A DNA stretch of 64,000 bases from Myxococcota bacterium (GCA_023150835.1 JAKLKB010000010.1:1-64000); one strand, 5' to 3'; positions 28,501 to 38,144 are shown, counted from the first letter of the stretch. Notes: generated by a model from the sequence alone, not told the origin. Numbers and translations are program-made.

Positions 28501-28991
28501 TATTCGGTGGCGGCTTTTTTACGCGCCTCGTTGGCGCGAGCCCACGCTTGTGTTTGGAGGCGCTTTTTTTCGGGCCAATCCGGGCGGCCTTGAAAGTCAT
28601 CATAACGATGGCCGATAAAGTCGTAGTACTTGCTGCTTTCCCAGTAGTGTTCGGCGAGACGGAAGTAGAGGTCGGCGCGTTGGTCTTTGGGGGTGGTTTC
28701 GATGATCTCGATCAGGGACTTGATCTGTTCGTCTGTGATCTGGCGCTGGCGCTCTTGGTTAAAGCGCTCAAAGGCTTGGAGCTTCATCGGGCCGCGTTTT
28801 TTGGTGTCCTCGACGGGAGCGACCTTCATTTTTTTGATTTCTTGGATCTCGTATGAGCGCTTCTTACTTTTGAGGCTCATGCCCTTTTTTTTGCGCAGTT
28901 CGCGATAAGACTTTGCGTCCACCGACTGCGGTACAAAAAGGGCCGTCCCCAAGAGAAGCGTAAAGATAGCACGGGAATACGCTCTCATCAC
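25581..28991 (-). CDS. gltD: GltD/AgmU-like large periplasmic TPR protein
   Basis: Signal peptide, LYFRLAEHYWE, YALYK.AWC-like motif, C-terminal YNEW...L.ELRP..Y; GGAG RBS; synteny. Confidence 0.82.
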   Translation of the reverse strand: MMRAYSRAIFTLLLGTALFVPQSVDAKSYRELRKKKGMSLKSKKRSYEIQEIKKMKVAPVEDTKKRGPMKLQAFERFNQERQRQITDEQIKSLIEIIETTPKDQRADLYFRLAEHYWESSKYYDFIGHRYDDFQGRPDWPEKKRLQTQAWARANEARKKAATEYFKIINNYPDYPRLCEAYFFLGKNLIEMNETQKGLGVYRPFLQKFARTYPKCPFIPNAYLAFAEYYFEKGQVKNAKQQYEMVLRFRDTSIYGFALYKVAWCDYNMIRYQDALNKFVAVINYARDAENFKGSNSRRLALLKEALRDMVLAYSQVGEAADAERRFREIGGEDSYLRMLQNLGGIYRSQGKTAAILTIYNTLMRLQPDDPITVKYQLYITRAVDADRSKTDTIREATKLGGLVKSFSQTKANDEQYKEAVSEVKTQLNEYARYRHYEAQKTLRQDFFDEAREFYKIYLDVFPTDDNAYEMRFWLAEIQYKSRQFKEAADNYILVYRSNPKGKYSFDASYNTILAYDLLMKRERINPENLTEKKGAQEKKPLPDIAKSFLDACEDHIKYYAKGDRALEVSYKAALLYYYFNHFDKALPQFYFLVEKHPKHEYAIFSAHFILDTYQLQQEWDKLNKSAWKFYKVPDLGDRKFKGEMRNLIIGSGMKICESIVRQKQYTPAAECFLKIAREFPDNKNLGPTALFNASIHYGNAKEPERALNLRLEMLEKYPGSRFEKDTVLGLADLYASRADFSRAAAFYERYANKYSKDPKIDDIIIQAAIFREAMGDNAAAMAHYTRLMRTGITLIKKRKKSKDDKTFVAIYLKIAQHHKDNGEFSRYRNMMEEFAKQGYGSAGQRLHAKMEVARVYDRQRLVSKAKKEFELIPRRFNNLPDKDKENIDAIDAAANVRFMDAEKDFAEYRKIQLKAGISQDAMKKTLQQKLKALEKTSKKFEVVAKYKHPAWRIASYFRVGELFLDYSRFIGSAAAPDFRKEAEKNVMEKLIEVLKSRGVPWKFRRPLAKRFLRGPQGKQLMSNLLEKLKMQYEEGLLKQSAPYEAQAVTFYQRSLRVSHNASVYNEWTFKSLGRLQELRPKDYHKFIEERPSAGVADSGFRYSSTLMEQAPTPSEPPSKGKKVADDAALRTKEGGP

Positions 28992-29012
28992 ATATTTCTC
29001 CTCTGGTGAGTT

Positions 29013-30710
29013 TTAGCGGTGACACTCACCTTTGATGCGATAACGGTAATAGCCGAGTTCATCGATCCAATATTCGTTTTGGAAAGGCCAGAAGGTGTAA
29101 TCGTCAGCGACAGAGACGGAGATCAGCTTGCGGTCTTCGTTTTTTTTGCCTTTGACGCGCATGGTGAAGCCGCCCGATTCGTTGGCGGCTTTGTTGATAC
29201 GTTCTTTTTGGGCGCTGAGGGTTTCGTATTGGATCTTGAGGGCCTGTCCGATGAGTCCTTGGAGTTCGGTTTGGGCTTTGAGGATGCGTTCGCGAGCGCG
29301 AGCGCCGGCTTCTTTGATCTTCTTTATACGTTCTTCACGGAGGCGTTTTGCCATCTCAAGGCCGATGGCGGATTGTTGCCATGCTTGGCTGCTTTGTTGG
29401 ATGATGGCGAGTTCGCTTTCAAGTTCTTTGATATAAGAGAACAAGACTTGTAGCGGTTTGTCTTGGAAGGTGAGGTTGAGGATGCGCTGGAACATCTGCT
29501 CGCTTGGATCGTCCTCGAGTCCTGCGACTTTGGTCTTTTCTTCTTGTTGATTGCGCAGTTCACTGAGGGCCTTGTACATCGCTTCGTCGTTGGGGTTGCG
29601 TTGAAGGAAGCTGTTGAGCGAAGCAACCAGCGGGCGGTACTGGGAAAGATAATCTTGAACGATCTTTTTGACTTCTGTATAGCGGCAACGCTCGAAAAAG
29701 CTGACGGCTTGGAGGATGCCGACTTCGGGGTAGTATTCGTTTTTGAAGTAGGGGGAACGAAGAGTATGGATGATCCCAAGGGTTTCTTCGTACTTGCCGC
29801 GTCGCAAAAAGGCCCAAGACATCTCAAAGAGTGCATCCAGCCAACGGGGGCTATTGCGGGGGATGGCTTGGTACCAGTAGGTGGCCCCGCCGAAGTGTTT
29901 TGCGCTGTAGTGGATGCGTGCGATGCCCATGATCCCGAGTTCAAAGACGCGTTGGCGCATCTCTTTGTCTTGGATGCGCATGGCGGCGCGTGCAGCGCGT
30001 TTGAAGGCTTGAGCCGATTTTCCCGCGAGTTCTTTTCGGTCGGAGGTGTCATAGATCGCGCCGAGGATGTATTGTGCGCGGGCGTAGAATTCGGGTTTTT
30101 GAGAACGAACGCGATTTAGCAAGCGTTGCGCGAGGGGGAGGCGTTTTTCGAGCGAGAGGTCTTCGCGCAAGTAGTAGTATTTACCGAGAAGATAAAGCAA
30201 TTCGTCGCGGTATTGATTGGGGAAGTCACTTACGTTAAAGCTGCGCAGTTTTCCGAGGAACATCGACTCGTTTTGAAGTTTTCGACTGACCGTGATGGAG
30301 TAGGTGAGGGCGCGTTTGAAGTAGCGGTGGCTGGCCCCTGCGCGGATGATATCGGTGAAGTAGTCGAGTGCGGCGTGAAACAAGCCCATCCGATAGAGAG
30401 AGAGGGCCAGTTGGAACTGTGCGGCTTGGAAATAACGGGAACCAGCGGCGTCTTTAACGACACGGTAAAACATGAGGCTTGCTGCGGCGTAGTTTTTGTC
30501 TGCGTAGAAGGTGTTTCCACGTGCCATCTCGCGGCTACCGGCTTGTTTGTTGAGTTTGATCGGGCCGAACGTGAATCCCCTCCGCCCGGGGGGTTCTTGG
30601 TTGTTGTTTTCAAAGATATCAAGTTGGGCTTGGGCAGGGAAAGTGAAGCCCAAGCCCATGAGCGCGCCACAAAACAGCGCCAATCGTTTCCAAAGCGGAC
30701 GTGCCATCAT
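29013..30710 (-). CDS. gltC: GltC-like TPR protein
   Basis: Signal peptide (AQA); LFEMSWAF, YYPE motifs and C-terminal WPFQNEYWIDELGYYRY...C signature. Confidence 0.85.
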   Translation of the reverse strand: MMARPLWKRLALFCGALMGLGFTFPAQAQLDIFENNNQEPPGRRGFTFGPIKLNKQAGSREMARGNTFYADKNYAAASLMFYRVVKDAAGSRYFQAAQFQLALSLYRMGLFHAALDYFTDIIRAGASHRYFKRALTYSITVSRKLQNESMFLGKLRSFNVSDFPNQYRDELLYLLGKYYYLREDLSLEKRLPLAQRLLNRVRSQKPEFYARAQYILGAIYDTSDRKELAGKSAQAFKRAARAAMRIQDKEMRQRVFELGIMGIARIHYSAKHFGGATYWYQAIPRNSPRWLDALFEMSWAFLRRGKYEETLGIIHTLRSPYFKNEYYPEVGILQAVSFFERCRYTEVKKIVQDYLSQYRPLVASLNSFLQRNPNDEAMYKALSELRNQQEEKTKVAGLEDDPSEQMFQRILNLTFQDKPLQVLFSYIKELESELAIIQQSSQAWQQSAIGLEMAKRLREERIKKIKEAGARARERILKAQTELQGLIGQALKIQYETLSAQKERINKAANESGGFTMRVKGKKNEDRKLISVSVADDYTFWPFQNEYWIDELGYYRYRIKGECHR

Positions 30711-30814
30711 GTTTTTTTCCTTACATAGGCAAGAAGGACTCGGGGACAAGGCCGACGCCACGGACGGGGTTGAGTAGGCAGGCGAGCGTGTTTTTGGTGC
30801 ATGGTGTGTGTGGA

Positions 30815-31510
30815 TTAGCTGGTATAGAGCGACGTGACGGGAAGCACAAAGCCAACACCAAAGGTTGCGACGAGGTTGTGGTTGAGCACACTCACGCTGC
30901 CGCCAAGTAGGTTCTGACTAAAGATGTAGTCACGGATGTCCATGCGCACAAAAAACCAGCTTGCGAGCATCCATCGCATACCGAGGCCAAAACTTACACC
31001 AAAGAGATCACTTCGGTTGGTGCGGATATACCCAGCACCCGCCGTAATGTAGGCGTCGATATCAACGATGGCGTTGCCGGCCTGAAACTTTCCGGGAAAA
31101 GGCGTCCAAACAAAGCTGCCAAATGCCATGATCTGAGGCCGCGCAAAGTCAGGGTTGATCTTGAGTGTCGTTCCATCGGGAGCAGGGGTGGTTCCTTCGC
31201 CTGCGCGCAAGCGATCAACGATGGTGGTATTGAAGCCTGTGCCAAACAGGCCCATCAGTTCGAATCCAAAGGATTCGGTTGCGTGGAAGGTGTAGCTTCC
31301 GCCGCCCATGATCACCTGCATAAAGCCGTCGTTGATGGAACCTGCGAAGATCCCACTGATCTCGTGGCGTCGCTTCTTTGTGATGGACTTGAGTTGAAAG
31401 ACGTCCACGCGATCTTCGGTGAGTGGGGCTGCGACGGCAGATGTCGGCAGTCCGAACCACAACAGGCATAGCGAGAGGAGTACGGAAGAGATCAAGCGTT
31501 CTGTGCGCAA
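30815..31510 (-). CDS. Myxobacterial outer-membrane beta-barrel protein, GltA/GltB-like
   Basis: Signal peptide; Q.K...K..RHE, SIND.F, WTPFPGK and RMDIRD motifs; directly upstream of gltC. Confidence 0.8.
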   Translation of the reverse strand: MRTERLISSVLLSLCLLWFGLPTSAVAAPLTEDRVDVFQLKSITKKRRHEISGIFAGSINDGFMQVIMGGGSYTFHATESFGFELMGLFGTGFNTTIVDRLRAGEGTTPAPDGTTLKINPDFARPQIMAFGSFVWTPFPGKFQAGNAIVDIDAYITAGAGYIRTNRSDLFGVSFGLGMRWMLASWFFVRMDIRDYIFSQNLLGGSVSVLNHNLVATFGVGFVLPVTSLYTS

Positions 31511-31639
31511 TGCAATACCTCACTCGAACAAGATTCGGAGGAGCCAACCAGCGCGATCGGGGGTTTGTTGCTCTCTCGGGGTCTATGACAACGTATCATG
31601 GCGAACGATCGGGTTTATTCGTAGAAGATCCAATGTGTT

Positions 31640-33064
31640 TCAATTGCCGGGTTTTGCGAGGTATACGACTTTGATCTTGGCCCCGGGCTGGGGTTGTTGT
31701 TTGGCGGCACCGCTGAGTTTGATGATGTGTTGGTTGCTGCCCGCTGCGGGGGGGATGTACAACCAACCATCTCCATAACATTTGTTGGCGGGTCCGCATT
31801 CTTGGGAACCGACGCAAGCTCCGTTGGCATTGCAATCGCCGACAATTGGGGCTTTTGCGATCTCTTCGACGCTACCGTTGGGTTGTGTCACGCGAACGAT
31901 CAACCCGTTCGGATTTTCTGGTTTTTTCGAGAGTACGATGTTTTTGAGGCGATCAATGATGGCTCCTGCGAAACGCAAAAGAGCTTCACGGAATCCGTTG
32001 TCATCCCCGCAGATCGGGAACCAGCGTTCGTTGGGATCGCCTGTACTTGTCTGCGATATGAAGTCAAACAGACGGAAACCTCCTGCAGCATCGGCATCTG
32101 GGGATTTACAGCCGCCGCATTTTCTTGACACAGGAACAGGAGTTAAATATTCGCATTTTCCGCCACCTGTGCCACATTCGCTATTTTGTGTGCAACCACC
32201 TTGCGGATCGATCGGGGTTTGTGTTCCGGGCTTGTTGACAAAGGGATTGCCAATCAAGCCAGACACGATCACTTCGCGTTTGAGGCTTTTGATGAAGTCG
32301 ATGTATTTGCTCACGCTGACGAGCTTGTCCATCTGCCCTTTTTCGGGTTGGCCGTCAGGGCCGATCAAAGGGTTGCCTTTGTCGTCCGTCAACGTCACGC
32401 TTGGGGGGATAAAGCAGGTGTCAGGTGTGCGCTTTTCGTCGAGCTTGCCTTCGTGCGAGCAATCGTCTTCGTCGGAGATGATAATGATGGCAAGCAAGGA
32501 ACCTTCGCGTAAAAAGCCCTTGTTGTCGATATCCGCGAAACCTCCGTTGGCGCTGTTGCTGAGCGCGGCTTTGATGGCTTCAAGGTGGCGTTCAAAGTTG
32601 GAGCCTTTGGTGCCGACGGCTGCGTTTTTGGTGAAGGCTTCGACGATTTGTTTGGTGGTAAAGCTGGAGGTGATGATCTTGGGGGTGCCGGGATCGGCTT
32701 GAACGAGACGTCCCCAGCCCTTGGGGTTAAAGACTGTGTCCATGTCTGTGGTCAAGATGCCGATTTGGAAGTCTTTGACATCTTTGTTGAGCAATTCTTG
32801 GATGAAGCGCTCGAAGTTGTTGCGAAGTTTGGTTTGTTCTTCGGCCATCGATCCCGAACTATCGATAAGAAAGAGGATGTCAACGCCTTTGTCGGCACCT
32901 TGGCTGCCGACGTCTTCGGGGACGATGTAAGTGTTGTTGGGGAGAGATTGTAGCGGATAAGAGTTGCAGCCCACCACAACAGGAGCGAAAAGCAGGCCAA
33001 TCAGCCCGACAATCCGAAAGAACGAGGGCCATTTTTGAGAGCGACGAGCGGCTTGGAGTCTCAT
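31640..33064 (-). CDS. cglB: CglB-like VWA-domain Cys-rich lipoprotein (adhesin)
   Basis: Lipobox VVGC; DILFLIDSSGSMAEEQ (MIDAS DxSxS), FLREGS..IIISDEDDCS; multiple Cys; adjacent to glt-like genes. Confidence 0.65.
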   Translation of the reverse strand: MRLQAARRSQKWPSFFRIVGLIGLLFAPVVVGCNSYPLQSLPNNTYIVPEDVGSQGADKGVDILFLIDSSGSMAEEQTKLRNNFERFIQELLNKDVKDFQIGILTTDMDTVFNPKGWGRLVQADPGTPKIITSSFTTKQIVEAFTKNAAVGTKGSNFERHLEAIKAALSNSANGGFADIDNKGFLREGSLLAIIIISDEDDCSHEGKLDEKRTPDTCFIPPSVTLTDDKGNPLIGPDGQPEKGQMDKLVSVSKYIDFIKSLKREVIVSGLIGNPFVNKPGTQTPIDPQGGCTQNSECGTGGGKCEYLTPVPVSRKCGGCKSPDADAAGGFRLFDFISQTSTGDPNERWFPICGDDNGFREALLRFAGAIIDRLKNIVLSKKPENPNGLIVRVTQPNGSVEEIAKAPIVGDCNANGACVGSQECGPANKCYGDGWLYIPPAAGSNQHIIKLSGAAKQQPQPGAKIKVVYLAKPGN

Positions 33065-33553
33065 GGTTTCTTGGCTCCATCCCAATGAAGGACAGTCAAA
33101 CGTAAAGCGCCGAAACACAAAGCGAATGAAATCGTCGATACAAAAACAAGTGTTGATTCAAGCAGATACGACGAAGGCGCAAAAAGCATCCACATCATAA
33201 ACCATTCAAACCACCTTGGCAAGAGCGTTGATATTTCGCTTTCTGGGTGTCTCTTGTGGAGGGGCGTGTGTGGAGGGGCGTGTGCGGTTGGGGTGGTTCG
33301 AGAAGGGGGGACAGGCTGTCGTTGTGAATATCTACTTTGAAAACAGCCGTTTAAGTGAATAGAGAAGGGGGGGTGATGTATTTCGTGCTTGGATTGCAAT
33401 CGCTGTTTGTGTTATCTTCTGGCGGTATGTGGTTAGACCTTCCTTTAGGCAGGCCAAATCAACTCGTGGGCGTAGATCGTTTTGCTCGGGTCTGCGTATG
33501 GATGTTCCAAACGCCCCAAAGCAGGGTTGATTGGGCAAGGAGAAGAAAAAAGG

Positions 33554-33958
33554 ATGCAGGGCTTTCGGTGGTTTCTTCTGGTGATGCTGATGGGCGTTGG
33601 TGTGTATGGAGCGGGTTGTGGTGGTTCAGAAGTCGGAAAGCGTTGTAGTCTCAACGAAGAAAACATCAAAGAGCTTCAGAGATTAAGTGCTTCGCCGAAC
33701 AACGCTGCGGTGTTGTTGGAACCGTCTTTTGAGTGTGAGACCGGACTTAATTTTTGCATTGGTTCTGGTTACGACGAACAAAAGAAAGCCAACCTCGGCT
33801 ATTGTTCCAAAGTGTGCGCAGTGACAGAGGACTGTCCAAAAGACTTTTCGTGCTCAGACTTTTTCCCCGTTCCTTCGCAAAGTTTGCCTGCATCCGTTCC
33901 GCAATCGATCAAGGATCTTTCAGGAAAAAAGCTCTGTGTGCGCAATAGCATTCCGTAA
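33554..33958 (+). CDS. cglC: CglC/GltK-like Cys-rich lipoprotein
   Basis: Lipobox GAGC, SEVGKRC.L, EC...C, GYCSK.C pattern; divergent from the glt operon. Confidence 0.65.
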   Translation: MQGFRWFLLVMLMGVGVYGAGCGGSEVGKRCSLNEENIKELQRLSASPNNAAVLLEPSFECETGLNFCIGSGYDEQKKANLGYCSKVCAVTEDCPKDFSCSDFFPVPSQSLPASVPQSIKDLSGKKLCVRNSIP

Positions 33959-34091
33959 ACTCAACCCCAAAGCCATCAATGGGGTTTGAGACTTGTGTGG
34001 CTCGATCTTTGTGGAATGCTGGCCTTTTTGAAGGCCACACCGATCCAAGGCAGGACGATCACAGAGACTCGAACGAAGGAGAGGCGCGAGA

Positions 34092-36527
34092 ATGAAGATT
34101 CGCTGTGAAAGTTGTGGGGCGAAGTATTCCATCGCTGACAACTTGCTCAAAAAAACGGTCACCAAATTTCGCTGTAAAAAGTGTGGCCATGTGATGTCTG
34201 TGCAGACTCCCGATGGGGAGGGTGGAGATCACGATGACCTCGCAAACCTTCCCGATGCTCCGAGTTCGGCGATTGACTTTCCTGAGGAAAGCACACAAAT
34301 CGGCCAAGTGTCGTCGCAGGGTTGGGCTCCCGCAGGCGCGCATGATCATGCGCACGCTTATCACGGCGGTTATGATGAAAATATGACCGCCGCGCAAGCC
34401 TACGAAGAGGCCGCAGATGCGGCGTATGGCGATCCTGCTGCGCAAGACTACTACGCACAGCAAGCCAACCAAGCGGCTGGCTACCAAGACTACGAAAGCG
34501 CGGCAGGGGCGTATCCTCAAGACGATATGTACGGTGCCACCGGTCTTTTCTCTGCGGACAATGCCGACTGGCAAAATGTGATCAACGAAGCACAAGCCGC
34601 ACAAGAAGAGGATATCTACGCAGGCATGGACACCAACGTGTCGCGGGCTGCTCACGAAGAAAGTTACAGCGAAAGCGACGAAGCGGTCGATGATGAGTTT
34701 GATCGCGCCTTGCAAGAGCGCGAAGAAGAGTTGATGCCACGTAAGCCGATCCGTCAGGATTATAGCGACATCGCTCCAAACCATCAGGAACAAGGTATCG
34801 TGCCGCTGAGCATGGCACGCCAAGAAGTCCAAGAAGCCGGCAAAGAAGAAGTCAGCACCAAGGTCTTCAACATCAACGCCCTTGAAACCTTGCGATCGGA
34901 ACGCGAAGCTGCACGCAAAGAACGCGAACAGCGCACCAAAGGCAAACAACCTGATCGCAAAAAAGCTCCTGCTCCCGCTTCTGTCGGGATCGCCGAAACC
35001 AAAGAACCCCCCGAATGGTATGTGATCGAAAATGAAGAACAGGTGGGGCCTTTGAGCAAAGCCGAGATCCGTGATCGCCTCAAACGCGGTGCTCTTGACG
35101 CCGAACATTACATCTGGAAAGAGGGCCTCCCCGAGTGGAAGCCCATCCAAGAAGTCGCTGCCCTTGCTGAAGTTCTCAAACAAGTCGAAGACGAAAAAGT
35201 CGGCAAGCCCAACGGTTTGTCTGTTGCTTCAAGCATCCCTGCCCCGTCCAGCGGTAATCTTGGGGCCATCTCTTTTGCTCCACCCGGAGCCAAGCCTGCT
35301 GCCTCGATCGCGGAACCACCCAAAAACAACGATCTTCGGGCATTGGCCGGTGGAATCGCCGAAAACAAGCCTTCTACGCCCAAGCGTCCGACCTCGATGG
35401 CGGCTGCTTTGCTGCAAGAAGAGCCTCCTCCTCCGCTTGCTCCCTCGGGTGGGTTTGGCGTTCTTGGTCCTGCTGTTCCTGATATCGCTGCCCCTGCTGG
35501 AACGATGACAGGCGGATTTCAAGGCTTCGGATCTCCCCAACCTACGGGGGCTTTTGCTTCTTCTCCTGTTGGATTTGCTAGTCCTGCTCCTGCGCCTTTT
35601 ACAGGTTCGCCATTCGACAAAGAAAAAAAGAGCAATCTTGGTCTGATTGTTGGTTTGTCGATCGGTGGAACTTTGCTGCTTGGTGTGGCGATCTTTCTCG
35701 GGATCTATTTTGTGATGAGCGGACCCAAAAATGATCCCACCGTCGCCCAGCTACAGCCCGGCATGAACCAAAATATCCCATCCCAACAAGTTCCCTCGCT
35801 TCCTGTTCAACAGCCGCCTCCTCCCCCTGTTCCCGGACCTTCCGCCCCTCTTGCACAAAATACTCCCGCACCTTCCGCGACTCGCACCCAACCCGAAAAG
35901 CGCAGCGAGCCCGAAGAACGCAGCGAGCCCGAAGAACGCAGCGAACCGACCGCTCGCCGCAAAACCCGTCGTGCTGTTCGGCGTAGAACCCGCGCTCCAC
36001 GACGACGCACAGCCTCCGAACCCCGCGAACGCGAAGCGACCGAACCTCGTGAAGAACCCGCAGCACGGCGTCCCAGCGGCGATGATCCACCCCCTCCACC
36101 CCCCCCGCCCTCGGGGGATGATCCACCCCCCCCTCCACCCCCCGCTGCGACGGGGAATAGCAAAACAGGACTCGATAGCGGTCTTGGAAACTTGCTTGGT
36201 GGCGGAGGAACTGATCCCGCACCTCGTCGTGCAGAGCCGCCTCCCCGTCGTGCGAGCGTCCCCGAACAACTCACGAAGTCTCAAGTTGCCCGTGTAATTC
36301 AAAACAACGCAGAGCAGATCAGCGGTTGCCAAGATCGCTACGGAAAAAGTGTTCGCAGTATCCGCGTAAGCTGGACCATTAAACCCAGCGGTATGCCCAC
36401 AGGGATCTCGGTCGACGGAGCCTCTGGATCGTTTGAGAACTGCGTCAAAGGCAAGATCCGAAACTGGCGTTTCCCCCGCTTCTCTGGATCTCCGATGGAG
36501 ATCGGTGGCGTCCCCTTCCAATTCTAA
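34092..36527 (+). CDS. gltJ: GltJ/AgmX-like protein: zinc ribbon, GYF domain, TM helix, TonB-C domain
   Basis: CESC...CKKC zinc ribbon; WYV...QVGP...IWKEGLPEW (GYF_2); TM helix; Pro-rich linker; C-terminal AgmX/PglI-type domain (C...WTIKPSG...C...WRFP). Confidence 0.8.
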   Translation: MKIRCESCGAKYSIADNLLKKTVTKFRCKKCGHVMSVQTPDGEGGDHDDLANLPDAPSSAIDFPEESTQIGQVSSQGWAPAGAHDHAHAYHGGYDENMTAAQAYEEAADAAYGDPAAQDYYAQQANQAAGYQDYESAAGAYPQDDMYGATGLFSADNADWQNVINEAQAAQEEDIYAGMDTNVSRAAHEESYSESDEAVDDEFDRALQEREEELMPRKPIRQDYSDIAPNHQEQGIVPLSMARQEVQEAGKEEVSTKVFNINALETLRSEREAARKEREQRTKGKQPDRKKAPAPASVGIAETKEPPEWYVIENEEQVGPLSKAEIRDRLKRGALDAEHYIWKEGLPEWKPIQEVAALAEVLKQVEDEKVGKPNGLSVASSIPAPSSGNLGAISFAPPGAKPAASIAEPPKNNDLRALAGGIAENKPSTPKRPTSMAAALLQEEPPPPLAPSGGFGVLGPAVPDIAAPAGTMTGGFQGFGSPQPTGAFASSPVGFASPAPAPFTGSPFDKEKKSNLGLIVGLSIGGTLLLGVAIFLGIYFVMSGPKNDPTVAQLQPGMNQNIPSQQVPSLPVQQPPPPPVPGPSAPLAQNTPAPSATRTQPEKRSEPEERSEPEERSEPTARRKTRRAVRRRTRAPRRRTASEPREREATEPREEPAARRPSGDDPPPPPPPPSGDDPPPPPPPAATGNSKTGLDSGLGNLLGGGGTDPAPRRAEPPPRRASVPEQLTKSQVARVIQNNAEQISGCQDRYGKSVRSIRVSWTIKPSGMPTGISVDGASGSFENCVKGKIRNWRFPRFSGSPMEIGGVPFQF

Positions 36528-36575
36528 ATCCCCTCCTCTCTCAGAAAAACGGGGGTGGGTGATATCTCGGAAGGA

Positions 36576-38144
36576 TCAGGAGAATAAGGCTTCGACGAAT
36601 TCGCTTGGATCAAAGATCTTCAATTCGTCGATGTGTTCGCCTACACCGACATAACGGACAGGGATCTTGAGTTCGTTGGTGATCGCGATGATGATCCCGC
36701 CCTTTGCGGTCCCGTCCAACTTGGTCAACGCGATCCCTGTTAAGCCCAAAGCATCGTTGAATTCTTTGGCTTGGTTTACCGCGTTTTGTCCGATGGTTGC
36801 GTCGAGTACCAAAAGGATCTCGTGGGGGGTTCCTTCGTGGGCTTTTTCCATGGTGCGACGTACTTTTTTGAGCTCTTCCATCAAGTTTTGTTGCGTGTGC
36901 AATCGTCCCGCTGTATCCGCAAGGATCACATCAACATCACGCGCCACACCTGATTTGACTGCATCAAAGATCACCGAGGAAGGATCTTGCCCGGGTTGGC
37001 CGCGTACCAACATCGCGTCCGATCGCTTGGACCAGACCTCGAGTTGTTCGTCTGCTGCAGCTCGGAAAGTGTCGCCCGCAGCAAGCATCACTTTTTTGCC
37101 TTTTTGGTTCAGTCGTGCCGCGATCTTGCCGATGGTTGTAGTCTTTCCAACGCCGTTCACTCCGACGATCATGATCACGCAAGGCTTGTGTTTTTCATAT
37201 TTGTACTCCGATTCCCCAAGATTGATCATCTTGTAGATCTCATCTTTTAACGCTTCTCTCACCGTATCGTTGTCTTTCAACTCCGAACGTCCGAGCTTTT
37301 CTTCGATCACACGAAGCAATGCTTGCGTCGTTTTCGTCCCAACATCCGCACTAAACAAGATCGTCTCAAGCTCTTCCAAGATATCTTTGCTCAAGGTTTT
37401 TTTGCCCAACAATAGGTTGTTGAGTTTGCTCAACCAACCTTGGCGCGTCTTTTCCAAACCTTCTCGCAACGTTCGTGGTTTGTGTATTTCGTCAGGCTTG
37501 ACTTCCATCTCCGACACATGCACCTCGCGTTTGCTGCGCATACGATCGGTGCGTTCTCTTCGTCTACGGCGCTTCTCGTCTTCTTCGTCTTCCGTTTCGC
37601 TTGGCGGTTCGACCTTGGATTCGGGCTTTTCGACCTTGGATTCGGGCTTTTCGACCTTGGATTCGGGTTTTTCGACCTTGGATTCGGGCTTTTCGACCTT
37701 GGATTCGGGCTTTTCGACCTTGGATTCGGGTTTTTTTTCCTTGGATTCGGGCTTTTCGACCTTGGATTCGGGCTTTTCGACCTTGGATTCGGGCTTTTCG
37801 ACCTTGGATTCGGGCTTTTCGACCTTGGATTCGGGCTTTTTGACCTTGGATTCGGGCTTTTCGGCCTTGGCTTCGGGCTTTTCGACCTTGGGTTCGGGCT
37901 TTTCGACCTTGAATTCGGGCTTTTGATGTTTGGGGGTAGGTTTTTCGACCTTGGCTTCGGGCTTTTCTTTTTGGGGGGTAGGCTCGGTGGGGGTGGGCGG
38001 GGCAAGCCATCGCTCGACGCTTGGGCGGAAAAGGTTGGTGAGCAAAAAGAGGACTGCGACGATCACGAACAAAACAAGGACGGGATAATCCTTGAGCGCA
38101 TCGACAAGCAGGGCGTTTTTGCTTGCGAGAAAAAAGATCGGCAT
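36576..38144 (-). CDS. ftsY: SRP receptor FtsY with N-terminal TM helix and heptad-repeat linker
   Basis: GVNGVGKTTT, DTFRAAA, DTAGR, TKLDGTAKGG motifs. Confidence 0.97.
   Translation of the reverse strand: MPIFFLASKNALLVDALKDYPVLVLFVIVAVLFLLTNLFRPSVERWLAPPTPTEPTPQKEKPEAKVEKPTPKHQKPEFKVEKPEPKVEKPEAKAEKPESKVKKPESKVEKPESKVEKPESKVEKPESKVEKPESKEKKPESKVEKPESKVEKPESKVEKPESKVEKPESKVEKPESKVEPPSETEDEEDEKRRRRRERTDRMRSKREVHVSEMEVKPDEIHKPRTLREGLEKTRQGWLSKLNNLLLGKKTLSKDILEELETILFSADVGTKTTQALLRVIEEKLGRSELKDNDTVREALKDEIYKMINLGESEYKYEKHKPCVIMIVGVNGVGKTTTIGKIAARLNQKGKKVMLAAGDTFRAAADEQLEVWSKRSDAMLVRGQPGQDPSSVIFDAVKSGVARDVDVILADTAGRLHTQQNLMEELKKVRRTMEKAHEGTPHEILLVLDATIGQNAVNQAKEFNDALGLTGIALTKLDGTAKGGIIIAITNELKIPVRYVGVGEHIDELKIFDPSEFVEALFS
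37608..37964 (-). repeat. 17 x 21-bp coding tandem repeat (KPESKVE) in ftsY
   Basis: Units ttcgaccttggattcgggctt and variants. Confidence 0.95.

Noticed and set aside
25539-30728. Long plus-strand ORFs (634, 437, 218 and 200 aa)
   Set aside because: Antisense shadows of gltD/gltC caused by codon bias; no motifs
33214-33232. Possible sigma54 promoter (TGGCAAGAGCGTTGAT) in the glt divergent region
   Set aside because: Lacks the conserved GC at -12; too weak to call
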